From NCBI GenBank assembly GCA_029717555.1, contig JAMDHS010000048.1, positions 1 through 64,000 on the forward strand: a stretch of 64,000 bases of DNA. The letters run 5' to 3'. Below, in pieces: positions 49,321 to 61,386 of this stretch (positions are counted from its first letter, which is position 1; each line of letters begins with the position of its first letter). The stretch is from Peribolospora baueri (lineage: Eukaryota). Both the position numbers and the translations under genes were made by a program. The notes beneath the pieces were generated by a model. That model was not told the DNA's origin, did not search any database, and saw nothing but the letters and a program-made list of their open reading frames with translations.

Positions 49321-50890
49321 GCGTGGGCAAGGAAGGGTAGGCAGGCGGTCGAAGGGTTGAAGGACGGACTATGTTTCCCCAAGACGGCGTTAGACGGGAA
49401 CTCGTCCCCGCAGACCATAGACGTCGTTTCGTCGCTGTGCCAATGCACCGTTGACGCAGTACCATCCGAACTCGCTCCCGATTCCTCCACTCGAATCCGT
49501 TTTTGCAACGCCATCTACCAAGTCAAGTCTCCTCTCGGCTCCTCGTATCTTTCGCTCCTTCGCGCTTGCACTTGGTAGCGGTCCCCAGCCTAGCACGTCT
49601 TGTACCTCCGACGACCCCTTCCGGTCCTGTTCATTCCCGTCCATCTCAGTGCTCCACCCCCAGTTCGGTTCTGTTCAGTCCGAAGGACGCCAGATACCAT
49701 CGTCTTCAGTTGTCAGCCGCCCCCTACCGCTGGGCTCGGCCCTTCTCCTTGCTTCCTCTCGGTTCCGGTTCCTCTAGTCATTCGTCCGTCCCGACGTTTC
49801 AGTACCGTGCACTTCTTCCTTCTTTTCTTACCTTTCAGCAGTTCCACCCTTTTCGACCCTCACCTTCTTTGCCTCCTGCCTTTTTTTTTTTCTTTTCCCC
49901 CACAATCGTGGTCCCTTTCCCTTTCCCGCCCCGGGCGTGCTTGCTTCGTGTCCTGCCTTCCCCTTCCACCTCCTCCTCTCCTTCCCCCTCACGTCATTTC
50001 ACCCGCCGGCCGCACTTCCCCAGCTCCCCACCGGCCATTCGGCCTCGTCGAATCCGGGGCAGAAGGAGAGCGGAAGACCTCAGGGTGGCCTGACGTCCCG
50101 TTCATCCTCGTTGGCGACTCGGTCGGTCACTAACTAGCGCGGGTGAGGAGAGGGGCGGCAGAGAGAAGGAGAGCGGTAGGAAAGGGAAAAAGGAAGGAGG
50201 AGCGCAGATTGTATGAATATTATCATGCGTATAACGAAACCCCACTTTCTTTTTCCTCCCTCCGTGTCTTCTTCCCATCCTGTCTGTCGCTTGGCTGTAT
50301 CGGACGGATATGATGCGATCCGTTACTTCGTTCGCCAGTGTCCGAGGGCCGCTGGATATCTCGTACTATCGTTTCCCCGCGGCTCTTATGTCGAAGGCGA
50401 GCTCTTTTCTCTCTGGACCGATACACATGGCTTGCCCATCATTTCGTCCCTCGCCGCTCCAGGAGTGGTTTCTTATGTACCCCTTCCGTACCTTTCGGCC
50501 GATCTGCTGCGGCGCTACGAGAGCGAGTTCATAGGAACTCATGGCTGTCATTGAACGTCTTTGATACCAGAGTAAGACGTCTTAACATGCAGGAGCACGC
50601 ATGAAGACTGAGGATGACCACCATCAAACACAATACCTGCACAGGCAGCTGAACGGCACACTACCCATTCGTCTGAAATAGGGGAAGGGGCATGGAGTAG
50701 GTAGATTGAGGTAGACGGGAGAGGTGACTGCCGTCGTCGAATGACGAACGGCTCTGATCCCTCCAAAGGAAAACGCATGGATGCGGACCGAAGGATTTTT
50801 TCGGTTTTGATGAAGGGGCGGCTAATGAAACATTGAAAGCATGAAAAAGACGGAAGAGGAGAGGAATGGAGAGGGGGAACCAGCCGCTGC

Positions 50891-52183
50891 TCAAGGAGCG
50901 TGGAGCATGTCCAAGAATTGCTTGCCGGCCCGCACCAACGGCTCCTTCTTGTCCTTGGGAGGCGCGCCCTGGCTAGCCGTCCGGATGAGGGTCTTGGCGT
51001 ATGGGTTGAGGCGGAAGAGGGCAGCCCTGTTGCGAAGAGGGTCTGCAATACCACGAAGGGCGATAGAGAATCGGTCAGCGTCGATTGCAGATGGACGTCA
51101 GGCGACGTTCAAGGGCCCGTATGTGTGCAGCAAGTCGGCACTCACTCTTCTTCTGGGTGAACGGCCTCTTGGTCTTGGAGGAGCCCGCCGGGCGAACGAC
51201 GGACTGGATCTCTGCAGAAAGACAGAAGAGGCGTGAGTCAGGCCGGCTCGTCCTCAACATGAGAGATCGAACATGTCACAAGGCACGTCCCACTCACCGT
51301 CAGAGTTGATGAGCCTAGTCACGTCAGGGTTGGTGATCTTGGCGATCGGAAGCTGGTAGTCCTTCTTAAGCGTCGCGGGCTTGTCGTAGGTGCCGAAGAT
51401 CTCGTCGAGCAGGGCGAAGGCACCCTCGGTCCAGATGCAGAAGCGGCCAAGATGACCACCGGGAGCAAGCTGGAGAAGGTTGAGGCGACGGACGTTAACG
51501 AGCTCAACGCCGGGGATGTTGCGGAACGCCTTGACAATGCCCTTGTCCTCGTTGTAGATGACGAGAGGGCCGCGGCGCTGACGGTAGCGGCGGTTGCGCA
51601 TCTTGCCCTTGCCGGCGCGCATCTTGCGAGAGTTGGAGACCTTGACAATGTCGTTGTAGGCCTTGAATGACTTGAGGAGGGCGACGGCGGCCTTGGTCTT
51701 GGTCAGGCTCTCGACGTCGGAGGACACGACGAGGGGAACTTCTTCAATCTCCTCGATGCGGTGGCCGCGGGCGAGGACGAGGGAGGGGAGAGCGGTGGCA
51801 GCGACGGCAGAGACGGTGGCGTAGCGCCTCTGGTTGACGTTGGTCTTGACGTGCCACTTGCGCCACACCTTGGTGGGCGCGAACATGCGACCGCCGCGGC
51901 ACATGTTGCCGAAAGCGGCCTGGCCGGAACGGTGAGTACCACCACCGCCGACACGGGGGATACGAGCGACGGCACGACCGGTACCCCACGACTCGGCAGA
52001 GGTCTGGGCGCCGGCGTTCCACTTGGCCGCGTACGGCTGGCGCTTGTTCTTGGCCAGGTTCTTGTGGATCGCCTGGACGACGTCGAGACGGATGGGAGCG
52101 GTGAAGACCGCGGGGAGGGGGAGCGAGCTGGTCGCAGCGCCCTCAGTGGAGCGGACCGAGATGGAGGGGCGAGCGGCGGCCAT
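50891..52183 (-). CDS. RPL4: 60S ribosomal protein L4 (uL4)
   Basis: [10 protein letters not shown]...[16 protein letters not shown]...[14 protein letters not shown]...[12 protein letters not shown]. Exons 52183-51298, 51211-51146 and 51042-50891. Confidence 0.98.
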
Positions 52184-52184
52184 T

Positions 52185-52462
52185 CTAGGAGGTGAGAATG
52201 CGAGAAAGAGGGTGATCCTGCATGAGCTCACCGCGACGTTAAATAAAAAAAAAAAAAGGCGACTCATGTTCGCGGGCGACGCCAGCCATTTCCAGCTCTG
52301 TCCAGACTAGTCGCACGCCCATCACTCATCCACACCTTTCCTCCAACACGCCGGTCCTCCTTCCCTCGTCGCCGCCCCGCCCTTCCCACTTCGTGACTAC
52401 GCCTCCCCGCACCTCCTCGCAAACGTCAGAGCCATTCCACTCAGGCTCGAGAGGGCACTCAC
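52185..52462 (-). other. Predicted 5'-UTR intron of RPL4 ending 1 nt before the ATG
   Basis: Donor GTGAGT at 52462 follows an A-run. Pyrimidine-rich acceptor CCTAG|A-ATG at 52185. Confidence 0.7.
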
Positions 52463-52554
52463 TTTTTTTGCAGAGTCTTGAAGGTGACGACGGACGAGAT
52501 GAGATTCTAAACGTCGATTCTTCGTGCGAACCCAACGACCGGAACCTGTCGGTC

Positions 52555-52582
52555 GGTTAGGGTTATTCGATGGCTAGGGTTA
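52555..52582. promoter_or_regulatory. Pair of telomere-like TAGGGTTA motifs (telo-box-like) in the RPL4 promoter
   Basis: GGTTAGGGTTA at 52555-52565 and TAGGGTTA at 52575-52582, about 100 bp upstream of the first RPL4 splice donor. Confidence 0.5.
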
Positions 52583-52706
52583 TGACGCGAGCAAGCACCT
52601 GTACAATTTTATTTCTGCCGCAGCAATCCACGTGAGACCGGCGCACGGACCCGGGACAATGCTCGTGCCACTGACATCATTTGAGAAGCTGGTCCTACAG
52701 CACTTA

Positions 52707-54914
52707 TTAGACTTTGCCATCGCTTAAGACAGGCCTATCGCTCATCCCGGGCGCGTGCGTAAGTATGCTACATATGGTACACGTCGAAAGCGAGCAAAAA
52801 CTCATGAACGGTAGCCGAAGAGAACGTTGCTGCGCAGGTGGGGCCGAGGGCACGGTCGCGGGCGCCGAAGCCGAAGCGTACTTGGAACGGCTGGTGGTGT
52901 CGGTGGTCATGGCAGCGGGGTGGGAGACGACGGCTGGTTCAGCGGTGTTGTAAGTGTTAATGACGGTTGAGAAGCCGAATTGATAGGCTTGTCGGAACAT
53001 GGACGTCGACATGGTCGCACTCTGCGTCGCAAGGAGGCGGGAGCGGGGCGCCGGAGACGCGACCGAGGACGGACAGATGGACGGACGGACAAGCGGATGA
53101 GCGCGCGATGGAAAATAAGGGAAAAGGCGGTCGACGAGAGAACGTCAAGCGTGGCCGCACCAAAACGGATTTTGGGGGGCGCGAGAAAGAGAAAGCTCAC
53201 AATACCGATGACGGCCAGTTGCACCTCGATCTGCAGTGACGGTCATCGGAAGGAGCTCTAATCAGAGAGAGACGCACGCTATGCGTGTGACAGAATGGCG
53301 TTCTCGCTATTCACCGCATAGCCTTGCGAGATACGGGGGTGATGACGAGGGCATTGGAGCCGTCTAGGTGTAAACAAAGACTCGACCGCAAGTTGTCGAC
53401 GAAAATGTAGGCACCGATTCGCACGCTCACCCGGTTGGCCTTGGTCGTACGTCTTGAAGTACCAGACGTTGAACAAGAGGAAGGCGGCGGTGATGGATAG
53501 AGGAGTGCTAGAAAGTCAATGATGGCGGGAGAGTGAGTCTGGGATACGTTCGGACACGAAGGGAAAGGGAAGGCACCTGGAACCTACCGTTCTTGACAAT
53601 ATAGTGAGAGAAGACGGATATGGTACTGTTGAGCGTCTTCCGTCTGGGAAACTTGATAAGGCTCCCATCAACGACTGCAACACGTGTGCAGGGAGGGACG
53701 GGATATTAGAAGGACGAAATTAGGGGGAGCGGAAGAGAAGGAAAAGAAAGGGAAGGACGACGCTCAGCCGGTTCGTGCCCTTCGCGGGAGCTACTATAGA
53801 TGAGAAAAAGGACGTGGGTAGAGAGCACGCACGCTTGAAGAGGGTGGCCACAACGATGGCGAGGTCGAACACCGCGTTACTGACGGCAAAGCCGACGTCA
53901 CAGGCTAGAAAGTTGATTGTCCACGAACTGGCGGTAGGACGGAACCATGGAACGGTCCAGCGAGGGTGAGCGCTATGATGAGACACAGGAAGGATTGCGC
54001 GAGAGGCACAAGTTTGACACGATTGACGGGGAAAAAAGCGGACCTGCGCGACGAGCGTGTCGACGACATTCCATGCCAGGGCGTGGAAGAAGAGCAGGAC
54101 CAGCAGGACTTCGTCTACGCTGGAACGATTCCGGTTCGTCGGGCAGCGCAAATAGGAGATCGAGGAAGGAAGAGAAGCGGAAAATGACCGGGTGTCAGCT
54201 GCGTCGGCTTCCACTTCCACTGCATGTGGCATGTGCGGCCTCAGGCAGAACACAAAGGCAGGTATGAGGAGTGAGTCGGACGAACCGATTGCCTCTCCAG
54301 ATGGCCAACGTGCGGATGAGGAAGACGGCCTGCTGAGCGACGAAGCTGACGGTGATGGCGTAAGAGTAGAGGAGGTTGTAAAATTGGGTTTGGTGGGATC
54401 GACTGGGGGCGCAAAAGGAGAAGGAGGAAGAGGAAAGCGAGAGAGTCAGATTTGTGCGACCTCAGGGAGCTCAAGCGGTTGGAGGAAGGCGCTCCCGCTC
54501 GTGACCCGTGCGCGCACGGAGCAGAGAGACAGCGGAGGCGCCCGTCCGCCCAACCTATCGCCTACCGACCCGTCTGTTCTTTTCGATACCACCCCGGCCA
54601 CTCACCCAGAAGACGAGCTGAGCGGCCGCTTCGATGAGCGCGAACGGCCTGGTGAGGAAGTAGGCTAGCCTGACGGTGGCTAACAATGGTTTGAGCCAGC
54701 CGTCTCGTTGGGAGAGTAGAAGGGCGTCGAAAGGGAGCGAGTCGAGCATATCCCAGGCGACTGCACCGATGCAGACAGAGCTCCATACGAGGGTGACGAC
54801 AGAGTGGTGGAGGGTGTTGTAGGACACGACCTGGCCGTCGTGAGAGACGAACCTGTAGAGCCGGAGCTCATCGGCGGTGAGGCCGTACAGGCCTGGAGGC
54901 GTCTCTAGGACCAT
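52707..54914 (-). CDS. Multi-pass (about 7 TM) fungal membrane protein, DUF6533-like; exon structure partly unresolved
   Basis: Segments in order: WSSVCIGAVAWDMLDSLPFD, VRLAYFLTR, QAVFLIRTLAIWRGNR, VLLVLLFFHALAW, SNAVFDLAIVVATLFK, ITAAFLLFNVWYF and IEVQLAVIGISATMSTSMFRQ. Two junctions do not phase simply. Confidence 0.55.
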
Positions 54915-55808
54915 GACGGGGTGAGCGAGCGAGCACCGAAAAGAGGAAAAGAGAAAGGGAGGCGACGGGATATATGGCGGAGACGAGGCTGGACGAAGGA
55001 CAGAGGGGACACCTCGACACGGGTGCATGGTCGTCCGACGTACGGTCGGGTCGAAAAGAGATCGAAAGAAGCCAAGTGTGGCCTCACTGGAACTTGATGT
55101 GATCGTCATCGTCCAGTCAGATATCTATCCGGCAGCGTGTGTGGCCTGTTCTCGTTGTCAGTGACGACAAGGCGTGGGTGACGGGCACGGACTGGGCGTC
55201 GAGCAGATCTGATTACAAGTATCAAGGATCCGAGGGAAAATCGGTTCGGTGGGTCGAAACGGACAGAGAGAGGGACATGGCGGATCAGCGAATAAAACCG
55301 AATCCCTTCCTTTCCCCAAGGCTAGCAAGACTGAAACTGAAAGACATGGGAGGACGGTGCCGAGAGAGTCGGTCAGATCAGATCCCTTTCCGCCTCCCGC
55401 TGCCGCTTTCTCACTCCAGAGCGAGTCGGTATTTCGTAGAAGGAAAGGAAGTGAAAGGGAAGTGCGAAATAGGGCGCTACTGCCGCGAGCGTCGACCCGG
55501 TCTGGGAACGCATCCATCGGCCCAACGGACAAGCAGAAGCACGAAGAGAGAAACCGGCGGAGATTTGGAACCGAGGGGGGGCCGGCGAACAGACAAAGAA
55601 AACGAGCGCATCGAACGTGGGATGGGGAAGGAAGCGAAAGGATACTGATCGGGTATATGGCGGAGATGACAAAAAGAGAAAAGGGCTGAGCAGCCTCCAG
55701 AGTCCGTGCGCTTGACCTCGGCATCGCTCCGACGTGATGCTTCCCGCTACTGTGGGAAATCGAGAGGGTGACGAGGGGGCTTGTCCATCTCCAAGTCGGT
55801 ACTGCCTC

Positions 55809-57379
55809 TCACAGCCGATGACCGGGCACGAAGACGAACAAGACGGTCAATGCGGCCACGATGAGCGCGGAGGCGAAAGAGACCCAAACTGCGCGGAAGA
55901 GGAGGAGGCGATGTACGTAGGGCTCTTTGACGCGGATGGTTCGGAAGGGCATCGTCTCGGAGAAGCCCAGGAAGGCGAGGATGGGGTCGAGCTCGTATTG
56001 GTGGGAGAGGATGAGAAGGATGGCAAAGCTGAAAGGGAGAATTACCTGTAGGAGTTGCGGAGAATAGGGCAGAAAGGAAAGAGAAGGGAACGTTTAGCAA
56101 GAGATCCAACAAGGCGACAAGACAGATGGAGCGAGGCTGCCAAAGGGACATTCACCCATAGCCTCTTGGATCTGGGCTTGGTATCGAGCAAGACGAACGC
56201 GAATGCGGTCGACATACCCGCCCACAGCGCCAGCAAGCCGAGGCTGAGACGAACGAGGGCGGAGATGGGGGTGATGTTGCCAAACGCCTTTGCGCGAAGG
56301 AAGCGAGGGTATGCGTCTGATTCCATCGTGCGGAAGACATATCTGCGAACGAGTGAAGAGTGAAGTTGGAAAGAAGGAAAAGAGATATAAAGTGCAGACA
56401 CGGACAAGGCGAAGGGGCAGAGACGGGCAGACGGTCAGTGGCGGACGAAAAAGTCTAGGTGAAGTGAAAAAAAAAGCAACAGAACGCCTCACTCTTTCTG
56501 CTGATGGAACATATCCGGCACCTGCGCAAGTGCCAAGCTCTCGACGTCGTATTCGGGGCTAGTGGGCTGAGGCAAGGCCTGGCTGGAGATGGGGAAGCTG
56601 TTGATCCTGAGCTGGCTAGGCAGGTAAATCTCCTTCTCGCTTCCAGGGAGCAGGTACCGGGCATAGATGCGCTCGGCGCTGGCGATTAGATCGGTGCGCG
56701 TGATGGCCGTGTCGCGGTTGATGATAGTTGGCGCGTGGCTGGCGCGCTTGGCGATATAGCTACGGCGCTGCTCTCGCTCCGTCGGGGCCTCAATGAGAGG
56801 CGATGTGGGACGCGAGAAGCGACGAGCGGCGCCGGAAGCTTCGGGGCCTGGGGACGGGGACCTTGAGCCCGCTCGGGGCAGCATGTGGTCGTTTGACAGG
56901 CGAGGGGAGGAAGGCGAGGGGGACGCGGGGTGCGAGGGGGGACGCTCACCGCTGTCGGTACGAGGTGAACCGTTGGCCTCATGCCGAAGAGCGTAGTCGT
57001 CTCCCTGCTGGAACGGGTTCTTCTCCGCCTCCAACGGCCTCATCGCCCCGTCCGGGCCGTCAATGCCATTGATCCGGTTGTAGATACTTCCCCGGTTCCT
57101 CGCGAGCTCCCAATACTGCGGCCACTCCTCCCTGACGCTCCTGCCCGACTTCCTCATGTCCTTGAAGTACGCCCGGCACAGGTTCTCATGCTGCTGCACG
57201 TCGAGCCAGAAGTCGAGACTGTCCTCGGCGCCTTCGCGCTGGAGGAAGAGGTAGTAGCAGTACAGGTCCACCGGCGGCTTGGTCCGCCGCGCGAGCACCT
57301 CCGCGAGGGTTGGCAAGCGATTGCGTCGCGCGTTGACGGCTCTTGCTCCGTCCGCGCCGGCATCGATCTGGTCAGCCAT
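55809..57379 (-). CDS. RAX1: Rax1-like RGS-domain polarity/bud-site membrane protein
   Basis: Motifs RLPTLAEVLARRTKPPVDLYCYYLFL...LDFWLDV, SAERIYARYLLPGSEKEIYLP and YPRFLRAKAFGN, followed by three TM segments ending VPGHRL. Exons 57379-56493, 56342-56156 and 56045-55809. Confidence 0.9.
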
Positions 57380-58293
57380 GAGAGTAGACGGTGGTATAGG
57401 TGACGAATGGGCTGTGAGTTGGAAGTGACTTGGGCAGCTGAGGCGCTTTCACGTGCCGCGCTGCGTTGCGAGGGTGCGAAGACGACACGAGGGCGCGAGG
57501 GAGGAACAACAGATGGGTGGCAAAAGGGGGTGAGGGTGGGGCAAAGGAGCGTGTTGAAAAGAAGAAAAAGAAGAGCTAAAGGAGAATGGAAAGGAATGTG
57601 GTGGACGGGGTGTGGTGGACGAGGAAGACGACGACGACGGCGGCGGGCCAACGACCGGCCGCACGGCAAGGCGTCCAATTTGCCGCAGCATGCTCACCCC
57701 GTGCCAGTAGGTGGCTGGCTGTGTATTATGGGGTCGCGATGTCGGACGCTGAACGACAAGATTTTCCTTTCTACCACCATTCCCAAAAACGATCCCGACT
57801 TGTCCCGACTCCTACGCGCACCTACACTCATTTCTTCGTGCGCTCCCTGCTGCCCTCGCTCAGCACGCATCTCCTGTCCGGCGGATAATTGACCACGCCC
57901 GCTTCCCCACAGTACTCGCTTCGCTCTTTCGCTCCGTCTACCGACTGTCTTTTGCCGCCAACTTTGGGCCAGATAGAGTGGCTCCATACCTTCTCTTCCT
58001 GAACGCCCTCTTGACGAACGCGCCGTCCCGAGAGTGAGCCAGTCGGTTTTGTGAGAAGGGCCCCGCGTTTTTGGCGAAGTGCTTGCACCAACGCCCGATC
58101 TCATTTGCGTTTCTGCTTCGTCTGCTCCTTCTTCATTCTCAATCTCTCCCTCACCCTCAGTCAACTTGATCTATTACTTGCTCTTTTTATCAAGCTGCGC
58201 GAATTTAAAAAGGCAAGCGACTTCGCAATAAGGACACCACTGCTGAATCGACACTGTACACATCACAATACGGACGACCATTGAACGACTACC

Positions 58294-60741
58294 ATGACCG
58301 CCGAAGGGACTTTCGTCGAGTCCGCGCCGACCGGTGGAAGTACCTCCCGAACGTCACATGAAATGCGTTCGCGTTCCGTAAGCCTGTCCGGCACGGATGG
58401 CGAAGGGTCCTTTCAGGACGCCGAAGACGGGGATGACCAAGAGGTGAGGGAGGAAAGCAGGGAAGGGGACGCTCCAGTACCAGTGCAAAACGACAGCGAG
58501 GGGACGCCGCACATACCCACCATAGGAGCGCTCGGTGTCGACCTCAAGAGCGGCGAGGCCAACGGCAAATTTCCTCCTTCAGGTATTGCGATGGCCGGCA
58601 AGGACGAAGACGCCGTGTCGTTGCGAGAACAACTCGTCTCCCTGCGCGCCCTGCACGACGACCTAATCGCCAAGTCTTCAAACTGGAAAGACGAGCTGGA
58701 GACACTCCGCGTGCGCGTGCCGACTCTGGAGAAGGAGCTGTCCGAGGCACAGGCGGCCGTCCGCGACGCAGACGCCAACGTACTCACACTTCGGCAGAGG
58801 GGAGAGGAGAGCAGGAGGGCGATTATGAGGTTGCAGGACGAGAGCAAGAGGAGCGCTGAGATGGAGAAGCAGAGGAAGGAGAAGGAGAACCGCAGGAACT
58901 CGGTCATTGGCTTCGGTGCCCTCAGCGGAGCCGGTGGGACGTTCGACCTCCACGGTGGTGCTGATGGTGGCGCGGCGGCGGACGAAAAGGCGTTGAAGGC
59001 GAGCCGGAGGACGAGCTGGATGTTTGGTAACAACGGTCAACGCAGTCCTGGATTGCTCGACCTGGGCATTGGACCGGCGGGAGGCGGAGGTGGAGGTGGT
59101 GGCAGTGGCCATCGTCGCGGAGAGTCACTGAGCCTCCATCGTACGGCGTCCAGCTCGTCCGATGCTGCTGATCCTGTCAATGCTCAACCGCCGTTGTCCG
59201 GCGGCTTGAAGGAGTTCCGACTCAGCACGTCTTCCCAGCCCGGTGGTAGCACGGGGCTCTTGAGCGTCAGCCCTCCGATTGGCTCAGGACCTGGAAGGGA
59301 CTACCGACGAATGAGCAGCACGAGCCTGGCGAGCAGCAGCGTGGTCGAGGACGAAGAAGGAGGGTCGGACGGCACGAGACCGTCCTCGTCTCGGTGGCCT
59401 ACGAGCGAGAGTCTCGGTTCCCGATCCAACGCTTCCGCCTCGACTACTTCCTCCCCCGAGCGGTCTCGAGCGCTCGATCTTGAGGCAGAACGAGACGCAC
59501 ACGCTGTTTCTGCGATGACTGCGAAAGAGCAGGCGTCTACTGCGGCGGCGGCGTTGGCGGAGAGCAGGAGGGAGGTGGAGGCGCTGAGGAAGAGCTTGAG
59601 GAAGATGGCAGAGCGGTTGGACGAAAGCGAGGAGGCGAGGTCGGCGAGCGAAACGTGCCTGAGGGCGCTGAGGGAGTTCATCGCTAGTTACGATGATACT
59701 AAGGGAGGCAATGGAGCTGACGGCGGCGCCGCTGTGGGGAAGGCTGATGGAAGGGTGGAACTTTCGGACGCGGTGAGGGGGATGAGTCTCCCGCCATTGC
59801 CTACGGACTTGGACGAGGAGGAGAAAGCGGAGAAGCAACGTCTGCAATCGACGACGACGACGACGACGACGAGACGCGGGTCTGGCTGGAAATTTTCACT
59901 GCCGTCGCTCGGCGGGAGCTTGTCAACATCAGCGTCGCCGTCGGATTCGTCAAAAACGGCGGGAGGGGTGGACGAAGGGTTTGGTGGGGCTTCTACCTCT
60001 TCCGCTGGCGCTTCCTCGCCGGCGTCGGCCACTACGCCCACCATGTCGTCGCGCTTCTGGGCGCGTAGGTCGTCCACGGCCAGCACGGGGAGCTCTGCCG
60101 GGGGGGTGGGAAGCGCGACAACGAAGGTGGTCGGGGCTGCTATGTTGCCTGTCACGAGCGGGGGCGGGGCGGAGAGGCCGTCTGGGATTATCAGCGAGGG
60201 CGGTGAAGGAGCGGCGCAGGCGAACGCCAACGGCGGTGGGACGCCGCCGGGGGGACAGCAAGGGCCGGGGCCGGAGACGCCCACCAAAGGCATGCGGGGT
60301 TTGCGCGGGTTCAGTTTCTCGAGCCTGATCGGACGCAAGACGGGCGGGGCGGCGGTGGACGAGATGGAGGAGGACGAGAGGGCGGAAGGGGAGGAGAAGG
60401 GGAAAGGTGAGGAAGGAGAGGGGGAAGAGAAAGTGGTGAAGGAGGGGGAAGACAACGTGGTGAAAGAGGTAGAAGAAGAGGGCGTGGCTTGGACGCCTAT
60501 AGGAACGCCCACCACGCCACGAGCCAAGCCGGGCCCGCCTCCTGCGGCGCCTCCTCGTCCGGCCAGGGACGTTCGGCCTCCGCCGGCGGCGACGACGGGC
60601 AGTATGGAAGAGACGGAGAAGCAGGAAGGCGAAGGCGGAGGAGCGTCTTGTGAGGGTCGTCAAGACGAGGTGCAGGCAAGCGGGGAGGAAGGCGTGGCTG
60701 AACCTGCTGTGTCGGACACCCCGGTTGCCGCTGGCGTTTAA
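58294..60741 (+). CDS. Hypothetical coiled-coil protein (815 aa, single exon)
   Basis: Long ATG-initiated ORF with two heptad-rich segments (LREQLVSL...ENRR; ESRREVEALRKSL...ESEEARSASETCLRALREFI) and an LPPLPTD motif. Confidence 0.75.
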   Translation: MTAEGTFVESAPTGGSTSRTSHEMRSRSVSLSGTDGEGSFQDAEDGDDQEVREESREGDAPVPVQNDSEGTPHIPTIGALGVDLKSGEANGKFPPSGIAMAGKDEDAVSLREQLVSLRALHDDLIAKSSNWKDELETLRVRVPTLEKELSEAQAAVRDADANVLTLRQRGEESRRAIMRLQDESKRSAEMEKQRKEKENRRNSVIGFGALSGAGGTFDLHGGADGGAAADEKALKASRRTSWMFGNNGQRSPGLLDLGIGPAGGGGGGGGSGHRRGESLSLHRTASSSSDAADPVNAQPPLSGGLKEFRLSTSSQPGGSTGLLSVSPPIGSGPGRDYRRMSSTSLASSSVVEDEEGGSDGTRPSSSRWPTSESLGSRSNASASTTSSPERSRALDLEAERDAHAVSAMTAKEQASTAAAALAESRREVEALRKSLRKMAERLDESEEARSASETCLRALREFIASYDDTKGGNGADGGAAVGKADGRVELSDAVRGMSLPPLPTDLDEEEKAEKQRLQSTTTTTTTRRGSGWKFSLPSLGGSLSTSASPSDSSKTAGGVDEGFGGASTSSAGASSPASATTPTMSSRFWARRSSTASTGSSAGGVGSATTKVVGAAMLPVTSGGGAERPSGIISEGGEGAAQANANGGGTPPGGQQGPGPETPTKGMRGLRGFSFSSLIGRKTGGAAVDEMEEDERAEGEEKGKGEEGEGEEKVVKEGEDNVVKEVEEEGVAWTPIGTPTTPRAKPGPPPAAPPRPARDVRPPPAATTGSMEETEKQEGEGGGASCEGRQDEVQASGEEGVAEPAVSDTPVAAGV

Positions 60742-61357
60742 GGAGCGTCTCGATCTGGTTCGATGGGAGGGCCCTTCCTAGATTTCTTTTTTATTCCTTC
60801 TCGCCCGTCCAGCCGACGGGCGAGTGAGTGGGCGATGAAGCGGCCGTTGTACCCTCGTCTCGCTCTTTCCTCTTTCCTCTCTTTGTTATCCACGCGCCGG
60901 CCCATCGTGTACTCGTTCTCGTTCTTTCCCGCGCCCGGTCGCGTCACGACTCGTGTCGTCTCCGTTCTTATGTATCCTCCTGCGGTCGGGCATGGTTGTC
61001 TATTTCGTGCAGGTCGGACTGTGGAGGCGGATGTATACCTATGGTGTCGTATATCATAGATGTCATGTTCGAAACGGAGAGGAGGTGAGGGTCCGTGCGC
61101 GCGTCGTCGAACGTGCAAGTGAGACTTGGCTGCGCTTGATCGATCGGTGGTGGTCGGAGGCTGTTTGTTGGTTCGCAAGCGGCCCGAGTCGGGTGGGATG
61201 GGGTGGGCGCGGAGGACGGAGGGGCGTGGGGATGGGGTGAGGAAGGAAAGGAGGGGCAGGCGGAGGTATGTGTAGGAGGGACTCGCGTTGGTTGGTTGGT
61301 TGGTGTTCTGGAAAGGGGTGACAAGGTCGCGCTTCGAGTTCGAGCGGGAGTGCTTGC

Positions 61358-61386
61358 TCATCATCATCATCATCATCATCATCATC
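61358..61386 (+). repeat. (CAT)n microsatellite
   Basis: Read directly. Confidence 0.85.

Noticed and set aside
50213..50554. 113-aa ORF between CHS4 and RPL4
   Set aside because: No recognisable domain or coding-like character; it overlaps the structured element instead.
50600..50652. ATGAAGA/GGATGA...CTGA as a box C/D snoRNA
   Set aside because: Imperfect C box, no terminal stem, and no rRNA-complementary guide recognised.
52185..52462. Intronic snoRNA in the RPL4 leader intron
   Set aside because: No properly ordered C and D boxes or H/ACA layout found.
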